Assembly: GCA_964016885.1 (NCBI GenBank)
Contig: CAXHJY010000343.1
Coordinates: 62,001-126,000 of the forward strand
DNA from: Eledone cirrhosa
Lineage: Eukaryota
DNA length: 64,000 nucleotides
Direction: 5' to 3'
This document shows positions 1 through 12,239 of this stretch, in pieces. Each line of letters opens with the position of its first letter. The first letter of the stretch is position 1. The notes beneath the pieces were generated by a model. It did not search any database and was not told the origin of the DNA. It was given only the letters and a program-made list of their open reading frames with translations. Position numbers and translations under genes: made by a program.

Positions 1-184
1 AAGGGTATAAAAAATGACCGGTTTCGATGGGTCTGCAAAAGCACACACATATATCTATATATATATATGCGCACACAGAATTCACCACTGTCGGTTGCGG
101 GGCCCAATCTACATGAAGAACTCAATGTGATCAGAATGACTTGTATTTTAATTTCACTGCCCCAACTTCTTATATTATGGAAAA

Positions 185-429
185 AATATATGTGTCTGTA
201 TGTATATATATATATATATATTTGAAGGCCATTTCTCTGTGTGTGGGTGTATGTATGTGTATATGTGTGTGTGTGTGTATGTGTGTGCATGTGGATGTAT
301 GTATTGTGTGTGCGTGTGTGTGTGTATGTGTGTATATATATGTGTGGGTGTGTTTATGTTTGTATGTGTGTATGTATATATATATGTGTGTGTGTGTGTA
401 TATATATAGGTGTGTGTATGTATGTGTGG

Positions 430-481
<52 letters not shown>

Positions 482-538
482 ATATATATATATGTGTGTA
501 TGTGTGTGTGTATCTGGATGTATGTGTATGTATATATA

Positions 539-589
<51 letters not shown>

Positions 590-720
590 ATGTGTATATA
601 TGTGTGTGTGTGTATGTGTGTATGTATATGTATGTGTGTGTGTATGTATGTGTGTATATGTATATATATGTATATGTATATGTATGTATGTGTGGATGAA
701 GGTATGTGTGTATATATAGG
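185..720. repeat. Compound (TG)n/(TA)n microsatellite
   Basis: Direct reading; explains the V/C/Y/I and H/T/Y/I ORFs. Confidence 0.95.
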
Positions 721-1031
721 TGTAAGTGCACTAAATCCCTTTCTATCACGCTCCACTCTCCTACCCATCACAGGAAGATATGTGTATGTATATTGCTTCC
801 ACCCCCTCACTGACCAGCAGCTGGCCAGTTGGTGATTGCTAAATCTGACCTTTATAAAATAACCCACACCCCAAATAACTTCTCATTCACTACCAGAAAG
901 GGACACAGCAGTCAACCTGTTGTTGCTACCTAGATGAAAACTGCTATGAAATCCCACAATGAATTTTATACTTGAATTTTCAAGTCTCAAATTTTAACTC
1001 TTCGTATTATTAATTTTTCTTAATATTAATC

Positions 1032-1079
1032 AACATTTGAAAAGATGGCTTTTGCAGACCCATCGAAACCGGTCATTTT
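1032..1079 (+). ncRNA. Degenerate type I hammerhead ribozyme-like motif (Penelope-type)
   Basis: Core ttgaaaa (consensus CUGANGA, 2 mismatches); stem II gatgg/ccatc; GAAA; palindromic stem III accggt; GUC site. Confidence 0.4.
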
Positions 1080-1215
1080 TTATACCCTTTATTATTCCCT
1101 TACCTTATAAAATTATGTTTTTTCACAAAAAAGTATTCTGTCTCTTATATATTCCATGTGCCATTACCAACCTCAATTTTCTCTATAACCTTCGTTTTGT
1201 GTAGAAAATTACACT

Positions 1216-1266
<51 letters not shown>

Positions 1267-1379
1267 GATTGATATCTATCTTTACTGGTGACTCATCACA
1301 GACAAAGACTAAACTATACAAAGGTTTTTCAACTTACGTCAATGTAACAGATACACACATACATACATATATATATATA

Positions 1380-1554
1380 TACATGTACACACACGTCAGG
1401 TACTTACATAGGTGCAATCACACACATACACATATATATATATATATATACATGTACACACATGTCAGGTATTTACACAGGTACAATCACACACACACAT
1501 ATATATATATATATATACATGTACACACATGTCAGGTATTTACACAGGTACAAT

Positions 1555-1586
<32 letters not shown>

Positions 1587-1630
1587 CATGTACACACATG
1601 TCAGGTATTTACACAGGTACAATCACACAA
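1380..1630. repeat. Minisatellite, ~68-70 bp unit x4
   Basis: Repeated tacatgtacacacatgtcaggtatttacacaggtacaatcacacac...(ta)n. Confidence 0.9.
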
Positions 1631-1850
1631 ACATCAATGAAACAAAGGATATCATAATCTATAAAGCTCAGTGTGGGGTCATGCTCCTTCGTTATAGAAA
1701 TCTATGATATAGAGTTTCTTCAATTGAAATCTACAATTCAGGATACAAAACATTTTCCTCTATGAGGTTACTAAACCTGCTAGAAACAGCAGCTAACTCT
1801 CCCCCATATCACACCCCTCCCGACTGTCTTAAATTTAGAAAACATATCTG

Positions 1851-4015
1851 CGGTGGTGGTGGTGGTGGCGGTGGCGGTGGTGGTGGCGGTGGTGGTGGCG
1901 GTGGTGGTGGTGGTAGTGGTGGTGGTGGTGGTATTAGTGGCGGTGGTAGTGGTGGTAGTGGTGGTGGTGGTAGTGGTGGTGGTGGTAGTTGTGGTGATGG
2001 CAGTGGTGGTGGTATTGGTGGTGGTGGTGGTGGTAGAGGTGTTAGTGGTGGTGGTGGCGGTGATGGCAGTGGTGGTGGTGGTGGTGGTGGTGGTGGTGGT
2101 AGTGGTGGTGGTGGTGGTGGCGGTGTTGGTGGTGGTGGTGGTAGTGGGGGTAGTGGTAGTAGTCGTGGTAGTGGTGGTAGTGGTGGTGGTGGTGGCGGTA
2201 GTGGTGGTGGTGGCGGTGGTGGTAGTGGTGGTGGTGGTGGTGGCGGTGGCGGTGGTGGTGGTGGCGGTGGTAGTGGTGGTAGTGGTGGTGGTGGTAGTGG
2301 TGGTGGTGGTGGTAGTTGTGGTGGTGGTAGTGGTGGTAGTGGTGGTGGTGGTGATGGCAGTGTGGTGGTGGTGGTGGTGGTATTGGTGGCGGTGGTAGTG
2401 GTAGTGGTGATGGCAGTGGTGGTGGTGGTGGTGGTAGTGGCGGTGGTGGTAGTGGTGGTAGTGGTGGTGGTAGTGGTGGTGGTGGTAGTGGTAGTGGTGA
2501 TGGCAGTGGTGGTGGTGGTGGTGGTATTGGTGGTGGTGGTAGTGGTAGAGGTGGTAGTGGTGGTGGTGGCGGTGATGGCAGTGGTGGTGGTGGTGGTGGT
2601 GGTGGTGGTTGTGGTGGTAGTGGTGGTATTGGTGGTGGTGGTCGTGGTAGTGGTGGTAGTGGTGGTGGTGGCGGTGGTGGTGGTGGTAGTGGTGGTGGTG
2701 GTGGTGGTGGTAGTGGTGGTGGTAGTGGTGGTGGTGGTGGTGGTGGTAGTATTATGGTGGTGGTGGTGGCGGTGGTAGTGGTGGTGGTGGTGGTGGTGGT
2801 GGTGGCGGTGGAGGTAGTGGTAGTAGTCGTGGTGGTGGTGGTGGTGGCGGTGGTGGTGGTGGTAGTGGTGGTGGTAGTGATGGTGGTGGTGGTAGTGGTG
2901 GTGGTGGTGGTGGTAGTGGTGGTGGTAGTGGTGGTAGTGGTGGTGGTAGTGGTGGTGGTAGTGATGGTGGTGGTAGTGGTGGTGGTGGTGGTGGCGGTGG
3001 TGGTGGTGGTAGTAGTGGTAGTGGTGGTGGCAGTGGTGGTGGTGGTGTTGGTAGTGGTGGTGGTGGTGGTGGTAGTGGTGGTGGTAGTGGTGGTGGTGGT
3101 AGTGGTGGTGGCGGTGGTGGTGGTGGTAGTAGTGGTAGTGGTGGTGGCAGTGGTGGTGGTGGTGTTGGTAGTGGTGGTAGTGGTGGTGGTAGTGGTGGTG
3201 GTGGTAGTGGTAGTGGTGGTGGTGGTGGTAGTGGTGTTAGTAGTGGTGGTGGTGGTGGTGGTGGTGGTGGCAGTGGTGGTGGCAGTGGTGGTGGTGGTGT
3301 TGTTAGTGGTGGTGGTGGTAGTGGTGGTGGTGGTAGTTGTGGTGGTAGTGGTGATGGCAGTGGTGGTGGTGGTGTTGGTAGTGGTGGTGGTGGTGGTGGT
3401 AGTGGTGGTGGTAGTGGTGGTGGTGGTAGTGGTGGTGGTGGTGGTGGCGGTGGTGGTGGTGGTAGTAGTGGTGGTGGCAGTGGTGGTGGTGGTGTTGGTA
3501 GTGGTGGTGGTGGTGGTGGTGGTAGTGGTGGTGGTAGTGGTGGTGGTGGTAGTGGTAGTGGTGGCGGTGGTAGTGGTGGTGGTAGAGGTGTTAGTGGTGG
3601 TGGTGGCGGTGATGGTAGTGGCGGTAGTGTTGGTGATAGTGGTGGTAGTGGTGGTGGTAGTGGTGGTGGTAGTAGTGGTGGTGGAGGAAGTGGAGGTGGT
3701 GGTGTTGGTAGTGGAATTGGTAGTAGTGGTGTTTGTGTCGGTGGTAGTAGTGATGGTGGAAGTGGTAGTAGTGGTGGTTGTAGTGGTAGTAGTAGTGGTG
3801 GTGGTGGTGGAAGTGTTAGTAGTGGTGGTAGTAGTGGTAGTGTTGGTAGTAGTGGTGGTGGTTGTGGTGGTGGTAGTAGTGGTGGTGGTTGTGGTGGTGG
3901 GTAGTAGTGGTGGTGGTGGAAGTGGTAGTAGTGGTGGTTGTAGTGGTGGTGGTGGAAGTGGTAGCAGTGGTGGTTGTGGAGGTGGTAGTGGTAGTAGTGG
4001 TGGTAGTGGTGGTGG
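1851..4015. repeat. ~2.1 kb degenerate (GGT)n trinucleotide array
   Basis: Direct reading; yields spurious poly-G, poly-V and poly-P ORFs. Confidence 0.97.
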
Positions 4016-4021
4016 GTGGAA

Positions 4022-4241
4022 ATATTCATTAGTTAAGCAAACAAAACCACAAATTTCACAAGGAGGACATTAAAGGATTGTCAACATAATTTTAGTTAAT
4101 GGAAGGAATGCAAAGAATAATTATATAATTGTATATTATATAATTGTAATTATTATTATTCTTTGCATTCCTACCATTTTGACAATCCTTTAATGGCCTC
4201 CTTGAGAAATTTGTGATCTTGTTTGCTTAACTAATGAATAT
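4022..4241. repeat. Fold-back inverted repeat around an AT-rich centre
   Basis: atattcattagttaagcaaacaa...gaatgcaaagaataa is mirrored by ttattctttgcattc...ttgtttgcttaactaatgaatat. Confidence 0.85.
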
Positions 4242-4245
4242 ATAT

Positions 4246-5246
4246 ATCATGATCATCATCATCATCATCATCATCATCACCGTTTTACGTCCGTTCTTCC
4301 ACGCTAGCATGGGTTAGATGGGTTGTGCCGTTGTGGGCAGTGTCTGGTCGGCTGACCATGCCTTGCTCATACAGGAACTGATTTGGGTTGAATTCTACAG
4401 CTGGATGCCCTTCCTAACACCAACCTCATTTACAGTGAGTGCTGGGTGCTTTTTCCGTGGCGCCTACACGTCCACTTTACAGTGTGGGCTGGGTGCTTTT
4501 TTGCTGTGGCACCTCCACGGCCACCTTGCGGTGGGAGGGTGTGGGGCATATTGTTTATATGCTTCAGCTTGTACCCATGGGAGGTCGGGTACTCTGTATT
4601 ACTGCGTGACGCCAGAAGTCACGGTCGTGTATCATCGCCTTTGAGAGGTGTAGTTGGGTAAGGTCGGCTTTTATCACCTCATCCCAGGTCTTCTTGGGTC
4701 TCCCCACTCCGCGGTTTCCATGACTTCTAGTGCTCTGCACCATTTTATGCAGCTGTCATCCTTCATACGCATCACATGTCCATACCAACGCAACCGCCTC
4801 TCCTGCACGCAGCATTTGATTCCTCTTACGCTCAGTCTCTCTCTCAATTCGTTTATGGTTTGCCATTCGCGTATATTACTATTACACATCCATCGGAGAA
4901 TGCAGGCTTCGTTTCTCTCTAATCTACGTAAGTCTTCCACCTTCAGCGCCCACGTCTCACTACCATGCAACATCGCTGTTCGGATACACGCATCATACAG
5001 TCTGCCTTTCATTCTGAGGGAGAAGCCTTTTGCAGCTAGTAGTGGTAGTAGTTCCCTAAACTTCTTCCATCCCGTTCTTACCCTAGTTATTGTACTTTCT
5101 GAACACCCACCTCCGTTGCTAATTCGGTCACCTAGGTAGCAGAAGCTGTCTACTGTTTCTACAGGGCCCTCCCAGAGATTGGTGGTACTTGTTTCCTGTG
5201 GCTGTTTGCTGCTTGCTGTCCCAGCACAGCTGCTGCATGTGAAGCC

Positions 5247-5250
<4 letters not shown>
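4246..5250 (-). mobile_element. 5'-truncated RTE-clade LINE (C-terminal ORF, 3' UTR, (GAT)n tail)
   Basis: ORF contains VDSFCYLGD...GWKKFREL...MLHGSETW...RRLRWYGHVMR; (cat)n at 4246-4280; homologous to 53.9-54.9 kb. Confidence 0.93.
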
Positions 5251-5318
<68 letters not shown>

Positions 5319-5507
5319 CATATATGTATGTATATATATATATAAAACATATTATAAAGGAAGAAAAAATATTAGACATAAATGTTTGTGTACCTCTCAT
5401 TATATATATATATAATGAGAGGTACACAAAAATGTATGTCTAATATTTATATATATATATATATTTATATATACAGATAGATATATACAGGTGTATATAT
5501 ATATATT

Positions 5508-5565
<58 letters not shown>

Positions 5566-5578
5566 TAGATATATACAG

Positions 5579-5626
<48 letters not shown>

Positions 5627-5728
5627 CGAAGGAAATGTGGTAAGGAACCAGGTGGACCATAACGCACCATAACGTCCAGAATTAGCCGTCGAAACGGCTT
5701 GAGCTCAGCTGTCGGGGTCTTACTGGTT

Positions 5729-5790
<62 letters not shown>

Positions 5791-5807
5791 CAGATAGATA
5801 TATACAG

Positions 5808-5881
<74 letters not shown>

Positions 5882-5882
5882 T

Positions 5883-5939
<57 letters not shown>

Positions 5940-6000
5940 ATATATAATTATATATACAGATAGATATATACAGGTGTGTATATATATATATATATATATA
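5250..6000. repeat. (TA)n-rich region with a small fold-back (5367-5448) and repeated cagatagatatatacaggtg units
   Basis: Direct reading. Confidence 0.9.
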
Positions 6001-6002
6001 TG

Positions 6003-6155
6003 TCATCATCATCACCGTTTTACGTCGATTCTGTTCCACGCTAGCATGGGTTAGACAGATTGTCCTGTTGTGGGCAATTTTAGGTCGTCTAGCCTTGTCT
6101 TGCTCATATGGGAACTGATTTTGGCTTCGTTTCTACAGCTGGATGCCCTTCCTTT
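6003..6155 (-). mobile_element. RTE LINE 3' tail fragment
   Basis: Matches 4260-4415 (catcaccgttttacgtc...gctagcatgggttaga...tacagctggatgcccttcct). Confidence 0.85.
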
Positions 6156-6216
6156 CACACAGACACACACACATATATATATATGCATATGTGTGTATGT
6201 ATGTGTTATGTATATA

Positions 6217-6261
<45 letters not shown>

Positions 6262-6925
6262 TACATATATAGGAATATGTATGTAAACAACGCTAGAAGT
6301 ACCAAATAAATCTATATCCTGTTTCTTTATATTGTCATGATAAAATAGTTTATTTTACCAAATATAAAATGTGATAAAAACTGTACACCCTACCTGGCAA
6401 TTTCTAGCTTTAGTACATTTGTACGTAAAGATATATTGTAATTTCAGTTACAGAATGTTAATCTATAAACTGTAATTCGTATCTCTGCAAAATTTTATTA
6501 CAAAATAAGTTATTAAGAAAGTTATAAGAACATTTAGTGAGGGGCTCTCTAGTCTAGATTACTATCATAAATTCTACAGGCAAAGGGAGATAATAGCAAA
6601 CCGAAGGCTTTAAAGAGTTATTCCCCTTTGTTAAACGTTTCAGTCTGTGTGGTAAATACAAATGCTAGAAATGGCAGCCAAATAATAAAAATATGTAACG
6701 TGGAAAAAGTTAGAAATAGCAGCTAAGTCAGCTCTAAATTTTCATATGTATATTAACATACATGTGATAAAAATATATTTCCAGACGTATATCATATCAT
6801 ATATATTTTTAGCGGTCTTTTGGTCTATTCACCACCATGGGCTATAAAACATGTCTTTTCTCTACACCATGTGTGTTTTCTTAGTTATCTAATATATTTT
6901 TAGAAGTGTTGATCATATTGATAGG

Positions 6926-7006
6926 TATCTGCCGATGAGCTACATCTACAATATATATTCTTCCCTTTTATAGCGAAATATACTCTTATTTGAGCATGTC
7001 TGGATG
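6926..7006 (+). ncRNA. Type I hammerhead ribozyme-like motif
   Basis: Stem I tatctg/tggatg (wobble pairs); core ccgatga (U4>C); stem II gcta/tagc; GAAA; stem III atatactc-ttattt-gagcatgt; GUC cleavage triplet. Confidence 0.6.
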
Positions 7007-7368
7007 TTATAGTTATAAATAGATGGTTACTACGCTTTAATATATTATTTTAATTGATTTGTATCCACCATTACTTCCATAGTTGATATGTTCGTCACTC
7101 TGGTGGTTTTTAATCCCCTATGATTGAACACATATCTCTATGTGTACTTCTCTCTATATGGTGATTTATAAAGAACCCGGAATCTAATCCTTGAGCTCAT
7201 TAAATTATAGGGGATTAATGTGAGTCTTTAACAAATAATATATCATACACAATACGCCAGCATCAACAGTTTTCCAAGAGATGTCAACATGAATAGACCT
7301 GTTATCCAAAGATATGTTTTCCAATTCCATCTTGCCCGTCCCTTCAATTTAACTAATTTGTCATTCTT

Positions 7369-7404
7369 TCTTCTGATGAAGGACTAGCATCTGAAACGTT
7401 AAGA
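7369..7404 (+). ncRNA. Minimal type I hammerhead ribozyme-like motif (Penelope pLTR-type)
   Basis: tctt-CTGATGA-ag...ct-GAAA-cgtt-aaga: intact core, 4-bp stem I, short palindromic stem III. Confidence 0.55.
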
Positions 7405-7789
7405 CCCTCTTCCTGCTATTTCAAGCATTAACCTAATATATTCCTTCCATATACTGTACTGATTGTGTTGTTATTTCTGTTTACCCTTTACATATATATA
7501 TATAAAATGGAAAAACTCGGTGTTTAAACAGCAAAATACCGTCAAAGCTGTGTTGGGTAAAACATTACCTCGAAGGACAGAAGTCAGCAGCTTGATGTGA
7601 GTTGACTCAAAGAAATGATCGGAAGGAAGAAATAGAATGGGTGAGAGGAGGTCACAAATATTAAAATACATTCATCATATCTCAGACCACCTGCAGTTTC
7701 AATGATTTATCTGAGATTACTGCGAAGAATGGGAGGCTCGTAACAACAGAGAAATAAATATCTTTGTTGGTACCCATTCTATTTCTTCC

Positions 7790-8830
7790 TTCCTATCATT
7801 TCTTCACTATATTCATTGTTAATTCTCACCTTGCTCACTGTTTCTTTATACATGGCTCTCACATGCCATTCATCCACTCCTAGTTTTCTAAGGGTCCACC
7901 AGAAAATGTAGCTGGGGACTCTGTCAAAGGCTTTCTCCAAGTCAAGGAAAGCTAAGTATAGGGGTTTACTTTTAGCTAGGTACTTCTCCTGTAGTTGTCG
8001 TACAAGGAAAAGAGCGTCTGTGGTACTTTTACCTGACACAAACCAAAACTACATTTCATCTAGATCAATTCTGTCTCTGATTAGTTGTGCTATAACTCTT
8101 TCTGTGACCTTCATGACCTGGTCAACTACCTTAATGCCTCTATAGTTTCTCCTATCTAGGGCATCTCCTTTACCCTAGTAGCAGTTAACGATGATGCTGC
8201 TACGCCAGTCATTTGGTATGACCCCATTCTGCATTACTTGGTTTACTATCTGGGTGTCCATAGTATGTCCCACCATTCCAGATGCCTTCAACATCTCAAC
8301 AACTATCTCCAAAGGCCCAGCTGCCTTGCCTGTCTTCATAGCTTTGATTGCCTTATATACTGTACTACCTTTAACTTGCACAGCTGGTCCCTCTATTGGA
8401 TCAATGTGGGGCAGACTATCTTTTACCAATTTATTCTCCTCATTTAGTAGTCCCTCGTAGTGACACTTCCAAGCTATCTTCTTATCAGTAAAAGTGAGAG
8501 CAAGTACACCATCATCATTAAGGACACACTTCTCCCTGACAATATCACGATTTTCCTTGACACATTGTTTAGCAATCCTGAACACCTCACGTTTTTGGTC
8601 CTCGTGTTGTAGAAAATGCTTGAACTTTCTATCCCCTGCTTCCCTTCTTGCAAGGTACACTTGTCTCCTAGATTCTATCCTAGCCACTTGATAGTGTTCT
8701 CTACTTCCCCCATCCCACCATACTACTCAACCCAGCCCATTGTCATTTCCCACCCAGAAAGGTTTATAACATCGTTTTTTACCCACAATGAATCTAGAAG
8801 ACCAGCCCCCACCCACCTAGTCTCTTGAAC
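7790..8830 (-). mobile_element. RTE LINE internal fragment (RT N-terminal half), frameshifted
   Basis: ORFs 8175-8687 and 7779-8039 (GKSTTDALF...LAFLDLEKAFDRVP) match the RTE at 52599-54557. Confidence 0.92.
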
Positions 8831-8920
8831 ACAAATATATATATATATATGATGATATGATCTCTCTCTCTATATATATATATATGATCTCTCCCTCTCT
8901 CTCTCTATATATATATATGA

Positions 8921-8960
<40 letters not shown>

Positions 8961-8962
<2 letters not shown>

Positions 8963-9645
8963 GGTTAACACAAATCAATATATTTGATAAACACAAATAT
9001 CCTCATATTTATGTTTGTATTATAAATGACCAAGTTAGCTAGAAAGAAATATACTAATAATAATATTACAGTTTGCCTAAGATAATACATCATAAATCAA
9101 CAAAGACAAATTGTACTGGCAATGGCCGTAGTGCTTGGACAAATTTAAATTTCAAAATCAAACCCGTTCCGTAGACAGGTTTAAACCTTAAAATCCAAAT
9201 ATGTTTCGAATAATGAAAAAGTGGAAGAAAATACCGCATTTTGATCTCCTCAGCAAGCACTATAAAAATTGGTATGTTCCACTTCAAAATATTTAGAAAG
9301 ACTATTTAGCGCACGAGGTAACCTCATGCGGTTATCCAGTGTCTAGCTAGTCACATACTCGTGCTGCTAGAAATAACAGCCGTTTGTATGGGACGAAGGA
9401 GCAGTGAAAAATCAATAATAATGAGTTCAAATCTCGGGCGATCATTTACAATGAAATAGCTCGAAGAAAGATTATTTCTGAGCCGTGTAATATAGGTTAA
9501 CACACATCAATATATTTGATAAACACAAATATCCTCATATTTATGTTTGTATTATAAATGACCAAGTTAGCTAGATAGAAATATACTAATAATAATATTA
9601 CAGTTTGCCTATCATGACTTAAGATAATACATCATAAATCAACAT
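8961..9645 (-). mobile_element. Small element with ~140-150 bp direct terminal repeats and an internal degenerate hammerhead; Penelope/retrozyme-like remnant
   Basis: 8961-9102 is repeated at 9494-9644. Minus strand 9170-9258 reads CTGAGGA...GAAACA...TGTC. Flanked by (TA)n. Confidence 0.5.
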
Positions 9646-9655
9646 ATATATATAA

Positions 9656-9687
<32 letters not shown>

Positions 9688-9763
9688 ATCTCTCTCTCTC
9701 TCTATATATATATATATACTACATACATATATATATATATACTACATACATATATATATATAT

Positions 9764-9818
<55 letters not shown>

Positions 9819-10519
9819 CATACATACACTATAATGTTGTCCAAAGAATGGCGGAAACAGGTTGACACCAATGATGTCACAGCTCATCATTTAATATCCA
9901 ATCTGATGAGTTCCACTCCAGTTGCTAAGGTCTGGGAAGTTGAGATTTGTTACAAAAAAATCACTAAAACCAAGATACTGGGTTGGTATAACTACCTGGT
10001 TTGTATGTGGTGTGGTATGATGTATGTCTGTTGTGTGGGATGTGGTGTGTGTGTGCAGAGTGATGTGGTTTTGTGTGTGTGTAGTATATAGAGGAAACTT
10101 TACAAACATAGGACCTAGAAGGGGTGTGTGAGGACTCTACCCCCTACAACCCTCTCAGGAATGGGTAAAGATAAAGAGAAGAAAGTTGTAAAGTATTTTC
10201 AAATGTTAATTGTTTAAAAAAGTCCTAATTTGAACTGTCATGACCGTACCATCCAACAAATATTAAAGTTGTAAAATTGTTTTTATTTAAACTTAAATGT
10301 GGATATTTTGTCACAAATATGAATATAAACCAGTTAAGGTTTATAAAATAAATAGATTCATCTTTTGTTTTGTTTTTCTTGCACTGATGGAGTCATAGGG
10401 GTGTCACTGTGGACATTTGAAGCTTGGTGGAGCCCTTCACTCTCCAGGTTGGAACAGTTGATTTCTTCCAGAGAATGAGAGAGAGGAAGTGAGAAAGAAA
10501 TATAGAGAGGAAGAACAGA

Positions 10520-10885
10520 CCCCAGTGGTAGACTGGTACTTTTTTGTTATCAACCTTGAATGGATGAAAGGCAAAGTTGACCTCAGCAGGATTTAAACTC
10601 AGAGCAGAGAACCAGAACAAATATGGCAGAAAGCATTCCATCCATTGTTTAAAGGCTTTAAATAACTGTTTCTACTTTTAACTCAAGGCCACAATTGTAA
10701 GGGAAGGAGAAAGTTGATGAAATCAACCCCAGTGGATTACTGGTACTTTATTTTAGTGAACTTCTGAGGAAGAAAGGTAAAGCTAACCTCAGCAAGATTT
10801 TAATTACAGAATGTAAAGGGATGTAACTATATGACACAAAGCATATCGTCTGACACTCTACTGATTCTGCCAATACACCACCCTC
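10520..10885 (-). mobile_element. Two octopus-type tRNA-derived SINE remnants in the ZNF 3' flank
   Basis: Reverse complement of ctgagtttaaatcctgctgaggtcaactttgcctttcatcc...aaagtaccagt; the same pair recurs at 42425-42740 and 51310-51630. Confidence 0.75.
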
Positions 10886-11409
10886 AACAATGAGGTGTCT
10901 CTATAAGAAACCTTAATGACAAATAATATGAAGTAGAACTTTCTACAGAGTGTATTTGTGGATTACAATACAAAACCTCTGAGAATGATTTCCAGCATAT
11001 TTCACCATAATAAATGTTCATTAATATATATTATTATCATTATCATTTATTAGGTCAGGTGGATTGGCCACAACAATTCTACTCTCCTTTTTTAGATGTC
11101 ATAATCTTCCATGGCATTCCTGAGATCATTAATCTCCAGCTGGACATCCTGTGACATCTGATCTATGTAGGTCAATCTCGGTCATCCCACTAGTTTAGGT
11201 ATCCACCCCAGGAGCCAGCTCATCAGGTCATACTACCCTCAGTAGCAATGTCCAGCATATATTGTCCTCTTCTCCCTAGTTATTGTGGTAATCTTCGATA
11301 TATGGGAGTATATTTCTTCCGCTTGGGCGAGGTATATATACACACAGACATATATATATGTTGAGATGTATAAGAGAAGGATTGCATATTTGGCATGAAG
11401 AAGGTTTTT

Positions 11410-12239
11410 CCCCATTATGTTTTCTTCTATATCTTTTCAAGACACAGCTCAAGGCAAAAGATTTCCCACATATGGTAGGGTTTTTCTCCAGTATGTCTCC
11501 ACATGTGGATGACAAGATTAGAATTATAAGTAAAATATTCCCCACATATTTTACAGTGGAAGGGTTTTTCTCCAGTGTGTATTCTTTTGTGTTCTACAAG
11601 GTTAGAAACACGAGAAAAAGATTTACCACATATTTCACAGGAAGAAGGTTTATCTCCTGTGTGTATTCTTTTGTGATCTCCAAGATGGACCTTCTGAAAA
11701 AAAGATTTCCCACACATTTCACATGGAAAATTTTTTTCCGCTGCGTGTATTCCTTTGTGTTTTACAAAATTAGCAACATGTGAAAAAGATTATCCACATA
11801 TTTCACATTGGAAGGGTTTTTCAGCAGTGTGTGTTCTTTTCTGAACTCCAAGATAGGTCTTCTAACAAAGACATTTCCACATATTTCACATTGGAAGGGT
11901 TTTTCAGCAGTGTGTGTTCTTTTCTGAACTCCAAGATAGGTCTTCTAACAAAGACATTTCCACATATTTCACATTGGAAGGGTTTTTCAGCAGTGTGTGT
12001 TCTTTTGTGAACTCCAAGATAGGTCTTCTAACAAAGACATTTCCACATATTTCACAGTGGTAGGGTTTTTCTCCAGTATGACTTTGTATGTGGATGACAA
12101 GTTTAGAATTATCAGTGAAAGATTTCCTTAATATTTCACACTGGAAGGGTTTTTCTCCTGTGTGTATTTTCTCGTGTGAGGTTAGATTCAGTTTTGAAGG
12201 GAAAGTTTTCCTACAAATCTCACAGCTATATTCAGACAT
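11410..12239 (-). pseudogene. C2H2 zinc-finger locus A, frameshifted
   Basis: [19 protein letters not shown] start shared with paralogs. Frameshift after finger 3 inside a triplicated ~82-bp finger unit; further fingers in ORF 11427-11717. Confidence 0.88.

Larger units (their letters stand above)
1..1089. repeat. Inverted repeat pair (1-42 / 1048-1089) enclosing a (TG/TA)n tract; the right arm overlaps a degenerate hammerhead motif
   Basis: aagggtataaaaaatgaccggtttcgatgggtctgcaaaagc (1-42) is the exact reverse complement of 1048-1089. The left arm is cut by the window edge. Confidence 0.85.

Noticed and set aside
141-1707. Multiple ORFs rich in V/C/Y/I or H/T/Y/I
   Set aside because: Translations of (TG)n, (TA)n and (CA)n microsatellites. 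The same applies to similar ORFs at 5.1-6.3, 15.2-15.7, 31.2-32.0, 39.7-40.3 and 52.2-52.5 kb.
1762-4073. Long poly-Gly, poly-Val and poly-Pro ORFs (extensin- or formin-like look)
   Set aside because: Stop-free reading of a (GGT)n repeat in several frames; no domain or splice evidence.
7679-7726. Minus-strand atctca...gaaac...gtc-tgagat resembling a hammerhead
   Set aside because: The CUGANGA core is absent, so it is too degenerate to call.
10393-10641. Repeated small ORF MECFLPYLFWFSALSLNPAEVNFAFHPFKVDNKK (also at 16690, 42639 and 51511)
   Set aside because: SINE-derived sequence in a duplicated flank; start and end differ between copies, and similarity is explained by recent duplication.
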